From an uncultured Clostridia bacterium (GTDB lineage: Bacteria; Bacillota; Clostridia; Christensenellales; Aristaeellaceae), in assembly GCA_944362695.1 (NCBI GenBank), contig CALVTQ010000124.1, positions 34,620 through 98,619 on the forward strand: 64,000 nucleotides of DNA, given 5' to 3'. Shown here piece by piece: positions 44,391-53,241 of the stretch (within the stretch, counting starts at the first letter, position 1; each line of letters opens with the position of its first letter). The notes below the pieces were generated by a model that saw only the letters and a program-made list of their open reading frames with translations, was not told the DNA's origin and did no database searches. A program made the position numbers and the translations under genes.

Positions 44391-44402
44391 GGTGAAAGGC
44401 AC

Positions 44403-45059
44403 ATGGACGAAAGAGCGCTGATCGAGCGGGTTCAGCCGCACATTTATCACGACAAAAACGACCCGTTCCCCATACGATACATGGGCTGCACGGTCTTCAC
44501 GCACAGGCGGCGGTCGGACAGCTTCCCCAAATGGGAGATCGACCCGAAGGCCGAGGGCGCGCGGACGATCGTCGAATACGCCGTGTATTACGACTACGAC
44601 ATCCAGCACATGTACGACCTTGAGCACGTGTGGGTGGCGGTCGATGAGCGCGGCGATGTGAAGGACTGCTGGGGCAGCTTCCACGGCAGGCGGCTGCGCA
44701 TGGCGGGCGTGCCGTGGTTTCATATGGAAGGGACGCACCCGGTGGTCTTCTCCCAGCCGGGCAAGCACGCGATGATGCCCGATCCGGCGCTGTTTGAGCT
44801 GATCCCGGACTTTCGCGGGGACTGCACATTGCGCGCGGGCGGCGGGCTGCTGATCCCGGACTTTCTGCGCGGGGCCATGCACACGAGCGGCGAGCTCGAT
44901 GAAAAGATCGCGCGGCACATCCGGCAAAAATTCGCGTTCGTGCCGAGCATGGAATTTGCGCACGCGCCGGTGCGGCCCGAGCAGCTTGTCACGTGGCCGG
45001 AGCTGCTTGAGCGGATTCCCGTGCTGACCGGCGAACAGATTGCCCTGCTCGACGCGTGA
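44403..45059 (+). CDS. Hypothetical 218-aa protein (weak Vps62/DUF946-like resemblance)
   Basis: PHIYHDKNDPFPI, VEYAVYYDYDIQHMYDLEHVWVAVDERG. 12-nt gap after the upstream gene. Coding-like codon usage. Confidence 0.65.
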   Translation: MDERALIERVQPHIYHDKNDPFPIRYMGCTVFTHRRRSDSFPKWEIDPKAEGARTIVEYAVYYDYDIQHMYDLEHVWVAVDERGDVKDCWGSFHGRRLRMAGVPWFHMEGTHPVVFSQPGKHAMMPDPALFELIPDFRGDCTLRAGGGLLIPDFLRGAMHTSGELDEKIARHIRQKFAFVPSMEFAHAPVRPEQLVTWPELLERIPVLTGEQIALLDA

Positions 45060-45135
45060 TGCGGAAAAATTTTCAAAAAAATGCAGATTTGCTGCATGAT
45101 TTGGGTGTGCTGATTCGTCCATATAGTATGGATTG

Positions 45136-45759
45136 ATGCAACGAAACAGACGTACGGCGGCGGCTCGCGGGCCGGGAATGGAGGCGATGGATTTGCGCAC
45201 GAGGACGGCGGTGCTTTTGTTTATCGTGTTCATGGCGGTTGCGGCCATCGCGGGGCTCGCCGAGCAGGTGTTTCCCGTGGAGGAAATGCCGGTCAGGGCG
45301 ATTCTGAGCGAGGCGGCATGCACGATCAGCGGCAGACAGCGCGCGCTTTTCGCCGGTGATGCGGGTGAGGCGACGCGGCTGGCCGTCAAATGCGAGGTCG
45401 TGCGCACGGAGCCGGTGAAATGCGGCATGGACGTGTTCATCAACTACTTCGGCGTCAGCTTTGCGCCGGAGGACGGCGGCTGGGCCGTTGTGCGCGAGCA
45501 CGCCGAGCCGTACATGCTCGCCTGCCGCATTGAGGACGGCGATTGGGATATTGAGCAGATTTACGATCTGCGGGCCGTGGGCAAGCGCTGCGGCTTGACG
45601 GACAGCGACGCGATTCTGGACGCCGCATTTGACGGCAGCCGCGATGCGCAGGGCGAACCGGCGCGCGCACGATTCGAGGATTTGATTGCGAACATCGACG
45701 CGCTTGCGGCGGGCAGCTGTGAGCGCGAGGACCTGACCGTTATGCGGCTTGATAAATGA
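45136..45759 (+). CDS. Hypothetical membrane-anchored protein
   Basis: One TM (AVLLFIVFMAVAAIAGL) followed by a ~150-aa soluble domain. Start uncertain (45133/45136/45178/45187). A strong terminator follows. Confidence 0.5.
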   Translation: MQRNRRTAAARGPGMEAMDLRTRTAVLLFIVFMAVAAIAGLAEQVFPVEEMPVRAILSEAACTISGRQRALFAGDAGEATRLAVKCEVVRTEPVKCGMDVFINYFGVSFAPEDGGWAVVREHAEPYMLACRIEDGDWDIEQIYDLRAVGKRCGLTDSDAILDAAFDGSRDAQGEPARARFEDLIANIDALAAGSCEREDLTVMRLDK

Positions 45760-45776
45760 GCGCATCATGACAAGAC

Positions 45777-45819
45777 GGCTCTGCTCCGCGATTTTGCGGG
45801 GCAGGGCTTTTTTTGTTTT
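45777..45819 (+). terminator. Rho-independent terminator ending the Opp-type operon
   Basis: GGCTCTGCTCCGC-GATTTT-GCGGGGCAGGGCT stem-loop (two G-U pairs) followed by TTTTTTTGTTTT. Confidence 0.8.
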
Positions 45820-45976
45820 GCACAAAATGCGCATAATGACGCGTACATTTGGCCAATAAATCATATAAAATTCAAAAAATAAAAATTTCTGCCTCCGCGC
45901 GCGCAAAAGCGGTGCGCAAGTTCACGTCTAATGAATAAAGGAGACTGCCGATATGGACGGGAAAGGGGTTTTCGAT

Positions 45977-48166
45977 ATGAAGAAATGGATTGGTCTGCTG
46001 CTGGCGGCGGCGCTGCTCGCGCTGGGTCTGGCCGCATGCGCAGAGGGGAACACGACGCTCGACATGAACGACAGCGGCCGATACGATGGGGCCATGTCCA
46101 TGTGCTATGTGGGCGACACGCTGTACATCCTCGGCGGCAGTGCGCTCCACGCTTACGACGGCGAGACGATGACGGTCTGCGTCGATCTCGCGGACACGGC
46201 CATGCAGCGATACAACCCGGTGAGGCCGGAGGACAGCGTGCAGGCCGCCATATGGGACAGGGCCATCGGCCATATCTTCACCGACGGCGAGACGGTCTAC
46301 GGCCTGCATCCCTATTCGGGCGAGGTGTTCGAGGTTGCGGACGGTGAGCTCGTCCACGCCGGACAGGTTCCGCAGGAGCTGCTCTATGCGAGCGAGGAGG
46401 ACATTCACCGCGAGATCCAGGGCGTCGCCTGCGCGGGCGGCGGGCTCGCGCTGCTGTTGGGGACGGACACGTATGAGGAATACGACAAGATCGAGCTGGC
46501 GTACGTCGATTTTGTGAACGGCACGCACACCGTCAGCGCGATTGCGGGCATCAAGTCCATCGCGGCATGCGGGGACGGCCTGCTCGTCTACATCCTGGAC
46601 AGCGAAGGCACGGCGGTCTGGCGCTGCGACGCGAAGGGCGAGGCGCTCTCCGGCGAGGTCGTGCGCCTTGAGGCGGATGGGCAGCCCAGCGGCCTTCAGG
46701 CGTTCGGCGAGGGCGCGGTGTATCTGGACGGCAGCCGCGTATGCCTGACGGACGGGCAGGGCGGCGCGGCGGTCAAGGCATATGTGCCCGTGCAGTACGC
46801 ATACGGCAGCGCACCGGCGGCCTGCTCATCGGGCGGCATGTACGCCTATGCATACTCGAATTACGTCTTCCTGCGCGACATCAGCGGCGAGGACGCGGCG
46901 CAGAAGACCGTGATCACCGTCGCGGGCAGCCTCAGCCCGCAGACCATCATCGAATTCTGCGCAGAGAACCCGGATATCGCGGTCGATTCGCGCGATATCG
47001 GCGACGAAGAGGCGCTGCTGGCGGCGGCTGTGTCAAAGGACGCGGACATCGACGTGTTCGTGCTGTCCGCGCCGGGCGGCTATGCGGGGATGCTCGACGG
47101 CGGCTACCTCGCGCCGGTTGAGAGCGAGACGCTCATCGGGCAGGCGGCCATGCTCTATCCGGGGATTCAGGAGGCCGTCCTGCAGGACGGGTAGCTCTAC
47201 GCCTATCCGCTGCGGGTCGCGCCGCGCTGCTGGATGGTCAACGAGACGAAGTGGAGCGCATACGGGCTGGGCGAATACCCGCAGACGTTCACCGACGTGC
47301 TCGCCATGACCGACCTGTGGTATACGGACTTTGCGGCGGACTACCCCGACGACGCGCTCGCCGAGCTGCAGCAGGCGGGGCTGAAGACCTTCCTGTGCGA
47401 GATGGTCTATGCGTACATTCTGGAAAACGAGGAGAACGGCGCCGCACTGACGTTTGACACGCCGCAGATGCGGCAGGCGCTCGCGGACGCCGCGCAGTAC
47501 GCCTACCTGTTTGACAGCGACCACGAGATGTGGGGCATGCCGATGCTCAGCAGCAATTATATGGGCTTCGGCCACACATACACCGACAGAGACCGCAACC
47601 GCATGATCCGCACGCCCGGTCTCTCGCAGGACAGCAAGCAGCACATGTTCGCCGACGCGCAGCTTCTCGCGGTCAGCGCGGCGTCGCAGCATAAGGACGC
47701 GGCGGTGCGCTTCATCGAGTTCTGCGCGCAGAGCATGACGGCGCAGACGAAATATGAGATGATGCCCTCGCTCATGGAGCCGGTCGAAAACCCGCGATAC
47801 ACGTCGCGCGTGGCCGAGGTGAACGCCGAGATCGACAGCCTGCGCGCGCAGCACGAGGCCGCGAAGACGACGCAGGAGCGCGACACGATCTCCGGCATGA
47901 TCGCCGAGAAGGAGCGCATGCTCGCCTCTCTCGAGGACGCGCGATACACGATCTCCGCGGAGGACATCGCCGTATACAGGGAGATGGCCGAGGGGATGGA
48001 GATCCCGTACCGGTCGGCGTATTTCGGCGATGGCGGCGGCATGAGGTCGCTTGACGAGGTCATCGCGCGGTTCGCGGGCGATGGCTTTGAGGCGTCGGAG
48101 ATCGACGCGATGATCATGGAGCTCGACCGCGTAGCCCACATGGTCAGCGCGGAGGGCGGCAAATAA
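45977..48166 (+). pseudogene. Lipoprotein: beta-propeller-like N-domain fused to CUT1-type SBP domain, interrupted by in-frame TAG at 47192-47194
   Basis: Lipobox LALGLAAC. ORFs 45953..47194 and 47234..48166 are in the same frame, and the frame is open across the TAG (VLQDG-TAG-LYAYPLRVAPRCWMVNETKW). Confidence 0.75.
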
Positions 48167-48233
48167 AATAAGAAGCCAGCTGATGCGCGATATGCGTGTC
48201 AGCCTGCTTCGCATCGGGCGGCAGGTGAAAACG

Positions 48234-48746
48234 ATGAAAAGAGCGTGCGTTTGGCTGTGTCTGGCGGCGATGCTGATGAGCGGCGACGCGGCGGGGGCGG
48301 AGTTCCGCGCGACGGGCGTCAAGCAGGCGTGCTACATGCGCATGCGCGTCTACACGACGGACGAGGGCATATTCCGCCTGGGGACGCGGTGGAGCCTCAA
48401 GGACTGCGGCGCGGACAACCACGCCGTGTTCGTCAGGCATTACGTGCCGCACGACACGATGCCGTACACCAACCTCTTTCGCGTGTGCAAAGTCGACGAG
48501 GACGGCAGCGTGCTCTCCGTGCACGGGGAAAAGTGGTGCACGCCGGGGCTCAACGTGCCGATTTCCAGCGACGATATCGAGATGAATGAATACTACACCG
48601 TCAAGGCGCGCGGCAACACCATGCACTATGAATACGACGGCGTGGAGCGCATCGAGCTGCGCGTGAACATGTATGTCAACATGGACGAGGTGCCGGGGGA
48701 GAAGAAGGTCACCGACGACGACACCGACCACGCGATATTCGATTGA
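48234..48746 (+). CDS. Small secreted Cys-containing hypothetical protein
   Basis: Signal peptide MKRACVWLCLAAMLMSGDAAGAE. 170 aa. Confidence 0.6.
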   Translation: MKRACVWLCLAAMLMSGDAAGAEFRATGVKQACYMRMRVYTTDEGIFRLGTRWSLKDCGADNHAVFVRHYVPHDTMPYTNLFRVCKVDEDGSVLSVHGEKWCTPGLNVPISSDDIEMNEYYTVKARGNTMHYEYDGVERIELRVNMYVNMDEVPGEKKVTDDDTDHAIFD

Positions 48747-48780
48747 CGTGAACATGAGAAGAACGAAACGGAGGCAGGGC

Positions 48781-49845
48781 ATGAAACGCAGAATCATCAC
48801 ACTGGCGGCGATGCTTTTGTGCGTGGCGAACGCGGCGGGCGCACAGGGCATCTTCACCGGCAGGGTCGTCGCGGGCGAGGCGCAGACCGTGCGCGCGCCG
48901 TTCGCGGGCTATGTGCAGGACGTGTTCGTCAAAAGCGGCGAGCGCATCGAGGCGGGCGCGGACGTCGCGCTCATGCAGACGCAAAAGGTCTACGCACCGG
49001 CGGACGGCACGGTCAGCGGCGTGTTCGCCAAAGAGGGCGATTCGGCGAAGGACGCGGCGGATCGCTACGGCGCGGCGATGTACGTCGAGCCCGCCAACCG
49101 CTACCGCCTGGACGCGAGCACGCAGAAGAGCTTCTCCGCGAGCGAAAATAAGTACGTCCACATCGGCGAGACGGTCTATCTCTTCTGCACGCGCGACGGC
49201 AGTCACACCGGCACGGGCTTCGTCGCGGCGCTCGACGAGAAGGATTCCAAGAAGTTCACCGTGGAGGTCACCGAGGGCGAGTTCTACATGAGCGAGACGG
49301 TCGGCATCTTCCGCGACCCGGCGTGCACATACATGACCAAGATCGGGCAGGGGACGGTGATAAGGACGCCGCCCATCGCCGTGAGCGCCGAGGGGAGCGT
49401 GCTGCGCATCCATGTGCGCTCCGGGGACAGCGTCGCGCGCGGCGATCTGCTGATGGAGACGGTGGAGGGCACGCTCGATGCGCTCTCGCCGGTCAGCCCC
49501 GCCGCGAAAAGCGAAAGCGCGGGCATCGTCGCATCGGTCGACGCGAAGCCCGGCGCGAAGGTCGAGAAGGGCGCGGCGATCGCCACGGTCTATCCGGCGG
49601 ACGCGCTGATGCTCGAGATCGAGATCGGCGAGGCGGAGCTGGGCGGCGTCAAGGCCGGCGACGAGGTCGAGATCGAGTTCGGGTTCAGCGCGGAGACGGC
49701 GGCGCGCACGAGCGGCACGATATGCGATATCTCGTATCTGACGGCGGAGAGCGAGGCGGGGTCGGCGGCGTATCACGCGTATGTGTCGTTTGCGCCGGAC
49801 GACGATGTGCGCATCGGCATGACGGCCGTCGTGTATATGAAGTGA
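48781..49845 (+). CDS. HlyD/membrane-fusion-like protein (multiple lipoyl-type hairpins)
   Basis: N-terminal anchor. APFAGYVQDVFVKSGERIEAGADVALM, APADGTVSGVFAKEGD, VRSGDSVARGDLLMETV, AGIVASVDAKPGAKVEKGAAIATV barrel-sandwich hybrid motifs. Confidence 0.7.
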   Translation: MKRRIITLAAMLLCVANAAGAQGIFTGRVVAGEAQTVRAPFAGYVQDVFVKSGERIEAGADVALMQTQKVYAPADGTVSGVFAKEGDSAKDAADRYGAAMYVEPANRYRLDASTQKSFSASENKYVHIGETVYLFCTRDGSHTGTGFVAALDEKDSKKFTVEVTEGEFYMSETVGIFRDPACTYMTKIGQGTVIRTPPIAVSAEGSVLRIHVRSGDSVARGDLLMETVEGTLDALSPVSPAAKSESAGIVASVDAKPGAKVEKGAAIATVYPADALMLEIEIGEAELGGVKAGDEVEIEFGFSAETAARTSGTICDISYLTAESEAGSAAYHAYVSFAPDDDVRIGMTAVVYMK

Positions 49846-49857
49846 CGGGTGGGACGC

Positions 49858-50712
49858 ATGTTCGAGAGAAAAAAATCGGTGCTGCTGTTCCTCGCGCCGG
49901 GGCTGGCGATGCTGCTGATCTTCTATGTGATCCCGTTCGTGGGCGGCATCGGGTATAGCGTGACGGACGGCACGTTCCAAAATGCGTTCGTGGGGCTTGA
50001 GAATTATAAGCGGCTGTGGGGGAACGAGATGTTTTTGCTCGGCCTGCGCAATACGCTGGAGCTGTCGGCGGTGTGCGCGCCGCTGCTGTGGGGCTGCGCG
50101 CTGGGGCTGGCGGCGGGGCTGGAGGAGATGAAGAGGAAGACGGCGCTGTTTCGCTCGTGCGTGCTGATGCCGTATCTGATGCCGTCGTCGGCGATGATGC
50201 TGGTGTGGCTGCTGCTGTTTGACTACGGCGGGCCGGTGAACCGCGTGGTGTGCGCGCTGGGGATGGAGCGCGTGTACTGGCTGGAGGGCGCGGCGCTGCG
50301 GCTGCCGGTGATTCTGATGTTTTTGTGGAAGAACCTCGGGTTCAGCGTGGTGATCTTTTCGGCGGCGCTCGCGGCGGTGCCGGTCGCGGTTCAGGAGTAT
50401 GCGCGGCTGGACGGGGCGGGGTTCGTGACGCGGATGACGCGCATCACGCTGCCGCTGATCGCCCCGAGCGCGTTTCTGGTGTTCGTGCTGGCGTGGATCA
50501 ACGCGTTCCGGATCTTTAAGGAGGTCTACTTCATCGCGGGCGCGTATCCCGATTATTCGGTATATACGCTGCAAAATTATATGAATAACATGTTCGCGAG
50601 GCTCGATTATCAGAATGTGACCGCAGCGGCGTATTCCTTCGCGGCGATTGTGCTCGTGCTGTTCGGCGCGTTGTTCGCTGTGCAGAAACGGGCCAGCGCG
50701 GATCTGTACTGA
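49858..50712 (+). CDS. CUT1 sugar ABC transporter permease (MalF-like)
   Basis: EAA loop EYARLDGAGFVTRMTRITLPLIAPS. 6 TM pattern. Confidence 0.88.
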   Translation: MFERKKSVLLFLAPGLAMLLIFYVIPFVGGIGYSVTDGTFQNAFVGLENYKRLWGNEMFLLGLRNTLELSAVCAPLLWGCALGLAAGLEEMKRKTALFRSCVLMPYLMPSSAMMLVWLLLFDYGGPVNRVVCALGMERVYWLEGAALRLPVILMFLWKNLGFSVVIFSAALAAVPVAVQEYARLDGAGFVTRMTRITLPLIAPSAFLVFVLAWINAFRIFKEVYFIAGAYPDYSVYTLQNYMNNMFARLDYQNVTAAAYSFAAIVLVLFGALFAVQKRASADLY

Positions 50713-51045
50713 GTGGCTTTTGTAGGCGCGAAGCGAAGAAGGGGTCCAGGGGACCGGAGCCTGCCGCCGCCAGTGGCGGATGAAGGCAGGCGGAGCGTCG
50801 GGAACCTTAACGAGCGACCGCAGGGCGCGACTATAAGGTTCCCCGGATTGAATCCCTGGCGGGATCAAAGGGCAGAGCCCTTTGCAGGGTTTGGGACAGC
50901 GTCCCAACGTAACCCCTATGGCGCAGCCACCCAAAAGCCGTCAAGCAGCGAAGCGTCCTTGACGGGGCAGAGCACAAAGCCGCATCAATCCGCCGCCCTT
51001 GTGCCCCGTTCCCCCTAAAAAACTAACACCCAAAAACCAAAGAGA
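50713..51045. repeat. Hairpin-rich non-coding insertion (REP/MITE-like element or structured RNA) between the two permease genes
   Basis: At least six stem-loops, e.g. GGGAACCTTA(50800-09)/TAAGGTTCCC(50835-44), CAAAGGGC-AGA-GCCCTTTG (50866-84), TTGGGAC-AGC-GTCCCAA (50890-906), CCGTCAAG(50938-45)/CTTGACGG(50958-65). GCGAAGC mini-hairpin motif occurs twice. Confidence 0.6.
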
Positions 51046-51057
51046 GGTGTTTTCCCC

Positions 51058-51915
51058 ATGAGAACCCCCGCGCTGAAACGGGCGCTGGGCTATGGCCTGC
51101 TCGCCGCAATGGCCGCCGTGATCCTGCTGCCGGTCGCCTTCACGTTCCTGTATTCGTTCTTTTCGCCGGGCGAGATCCGGGATTTCATGGACATGCGCAG
51201 GAATTACGACACGTCCGTGTTCATGGCGGTGAAGCTGCGCCCGGCGGTGTTCTCGCTGCGCCAGTATTACACGATCCTCATCGAGGACATGACGATCCTG
51301 CGGTATTTCGTCAATTCGGCGATGTATGCGGCGCTGATCCTCGCGGGGCAGGCGCTGGTGATCCCGGCGATGGCGTATGCGCTGTCGCGGTTTCGGTTCT
51401 TCGGCAGGGACGCGATTTTCTTTGCCGTGATCGTGCTGATGCTGCTGCCGTATCAGGTGACGATGGTGCCCAATATGCTGACGATGCGCGCGCTGGGGCT
51501 GATGGATACGGTCTGGGCGATCGTGCTGCCGGCGGTGATCTCACCGTTTTACGTGTTTCTGGTCAGGCAGTTCATGGTCGGCATACCGGCGCAGATGCTC
51601 GAGGCGGCGCAGATCGACGGCGCGGGGACGGTGCGCTGCTTCTTTTATATGGTGCTGCCGTGCTCAAGGCCGATTCTGGGCTGCGCGGCGGCGCTGTCGT
51701 TCGCCGATTGCTTCAACATGGTCGAGCAGCCGCTCGCGTATCTGACATCGCGCACGGACCTGTACCCGCTGTCGGTCATGTTCAATCAGCTGAGCCAGAA
51801 GAGCACGGGCATCGAATTCGCCGGGGCGGCGCTGTATGTGCTGCCCGCGCTGTTCGTGTATATGATCTTTCAGCAGGACATTCTGGCGGGCATACGGCTC
51901 GGCGAACTCAAATGA
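51058..51915 (+). CDS. CUT1 sugar ABC transporter permease (MalG-like)
   Basis: EAA loop EAAQIDGAGTVRCFFYMVLPCSRPI. AGAGAGG RBS. Confidence 0.88.
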   Translation: MRTPALKRALGYGLLAAMAAVILLPVAFTFLYSFFSPGEIRDFMDMRRNYDTSVFMAVKLRPAVFSLRQYYTILIEDMTILRYFVNSAMYAALILAGQALVIPAMAYALSRFRFFGRDAIFFAVIVLMLLPYQVTMVPNMLTMRALGLMDTVWAIVLPAVISPFYVFLVRQFMVGIPAQMLEAAQIDGAGTVRCFFYMVLPCSRPILGCAAALSFADCFNMVEQPLAYLTSRTDLYPLSVMFNQLSQKSTGIEFAGAALYVLPALFVYMIFQQDILAGIRLGELK

Positions 51916-51930
51916 ACGGAGGGCAAAGCA

Positions 51931-53241
51931 ATGCGGAAATTCGCGATACGTGGGCTGGTGTGCCTGGCGGCGGTGGTCGCGCTGAGCATGTTCTTCGCCG
52001 GGACGATCAGGACGATGACCACGGCGAAGGTGCAGATCGTGACGGCGAAGGAGGGCAGGCTCGAGGCACGCGTGACGCTCACGGGCAGGCTCGCGTTCCC
52101 CGAGACGACGCAGGTGAGCGTTCCGGGCGTGGGCGGGGAGATCGCGCTGACGGTTAGTGAGGTCTATGTCGCGCCGGGGCGCTTCGTCGAGGCGGGCGAG
52201 GCGCTGTTCGCCGCGTCGGTGACGGACTATGACAAGCTGATGGCCGGGTATCAGGCCGCGTTTGACGAAGCACAGGGCGAGGCGATGGAGGCCGGACGCA
52301 AGATCGGCGCGATGCGCATGACGCGCGCGGAGGAGATGTGGATCGAGGCATATGACGCGCTCTGCGCAGCGGAGAAGGCCGTGCTGCTCGCCGAGACGGA
52401 TATCGCCGTTCACGATAATCTTCACGGCGAAGACGGCGAGGCGCGCAAATCGCTCGAGGACGCGCTTTCGGCGGCGGAGGGCGAAAGGGAGAGCGCGCAG
52501 GCGGCGTTTGACAGGGCCAACCGGCTCGGCGTCAACATGGAGCTGGCGCAGCTCGTCCTCGGAGAGCGTGAGGCGCGCGAGAAGATGGCGAAGGCGGGCG
52601 AGGATATGGCGAATCTGCGCACGACGGCGGAGCGCGCAGCCTGCGTGTATGCGCCGCATGCGGGCTATGTGGTGGAGACAGCGGTCGAGGCGGGCAAGGC
52701 GTTTGACGGGCAGGGCGCGGCGGTCGTGCTCAGCGCGGAAAGCGCAGACCAGACCGGCGGCGTGCTGCGCGCGGCGCTCGGCGAGACGGGCATGCGCATC
52801 GAGCCCGGCACGAAGGTCGCCATCGCGGGCGCCGGCGCGGAGATCACAGCCGAGATCACGGCGCTCGGCGTCGGCGCGGGCGGGAGCTGGCATGCCGACG
52901 CGGCGCTGACCCGCACGCAGATCGCGGAGCTCGGCGGTGCGGAAAAGCTGATGAACGGCGACGTGAGCATGACGTGCAGCTACCGCGCGCAGACGAGCAC
53001 GACGCTGCTGCCGGTGAGCGCCGTGCGCGGCACGGGCGAGGAGCGCTACGTCTACACCGTCAGCGAGCAGAGAAATGCGCTCAGTGAGACGACGATGACC
53101 GTGACCAGGCAGACGGTGCACGTGCTCGCGCAGACGGAGGACACCGTGTCCATCGAGGAGGGGCTTGGCAGGCAGCGCATCGCTTACATGGAGGACAGAC
53201 CGATCGAGGACGGCGCCGAGGTGATGGTCTATGCGCAGTAA
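51931..53241 (+). CDS. HlyD/membrane-fusion-like protein with long coiled-coil hairpin
   Basis: N-terminal TM. A/E/R-rich ~170-aa helical region, then beta-barrel-like C-terminus (YVYTVSEQ...TVTRQTVHVL). Confidence 0.7.
   Translation: MRKFAIRGLVCLAAVVALSMFFAGTIRTMTTAKVQIVTAKEGRLEARVTLTGRLAFPETTQVSVPGVGGEIALTVSEVYVAPGRFVEAGEALFAASVTDYDKLMAGYQAAFDEAQGEAMEAGRKIGAMRMTRAEEMWIEAYDALCAAEKAVLLAETDIAVHDNLHGEDGEARKSLEDALSAAEGERESAQAAFDRANRLGVNMELAQLVLGEREAREKMAKAGEDMANLRTTAERAACVYAPHAGYVVETAVEAGKAFDGQGAAVVLSAESADQTGGVLRAALGETGMRIEPGTKVAIAGAGAEITAEITALGVGAGGSWHADAALTRTQIAELGGAEKLMNGDVSMTCSYRAQTSTTLLPVSAVRGTGEERYVYTVSEQRNALSETTMTVTRQTVHVLAQTEDTVSIEEGLGRQRIAYMEDRPIEDGAEVMVYAQ

Noticed and set aside
47192-47194. 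Interpreting the in-frame TAGs as pyrrolysine codons
   Set aside because: No pyl genes, methylamine methyltransferases or PYLIS-like context occur in the window, and the two host genes are not known Pyl proteins. Only the neutral observation (TAG depletion plus two in-frame TAGs) is retained as a finding.
50713-51018. 101-aa ORF across the inter-permease spacer
   Set aside because: It has a GTG start without an RBS and a Gly/Arg/Pro/Ser-rich low-complexity product. The DNA is better explained as a series of perfect hairpins (non-coding element).
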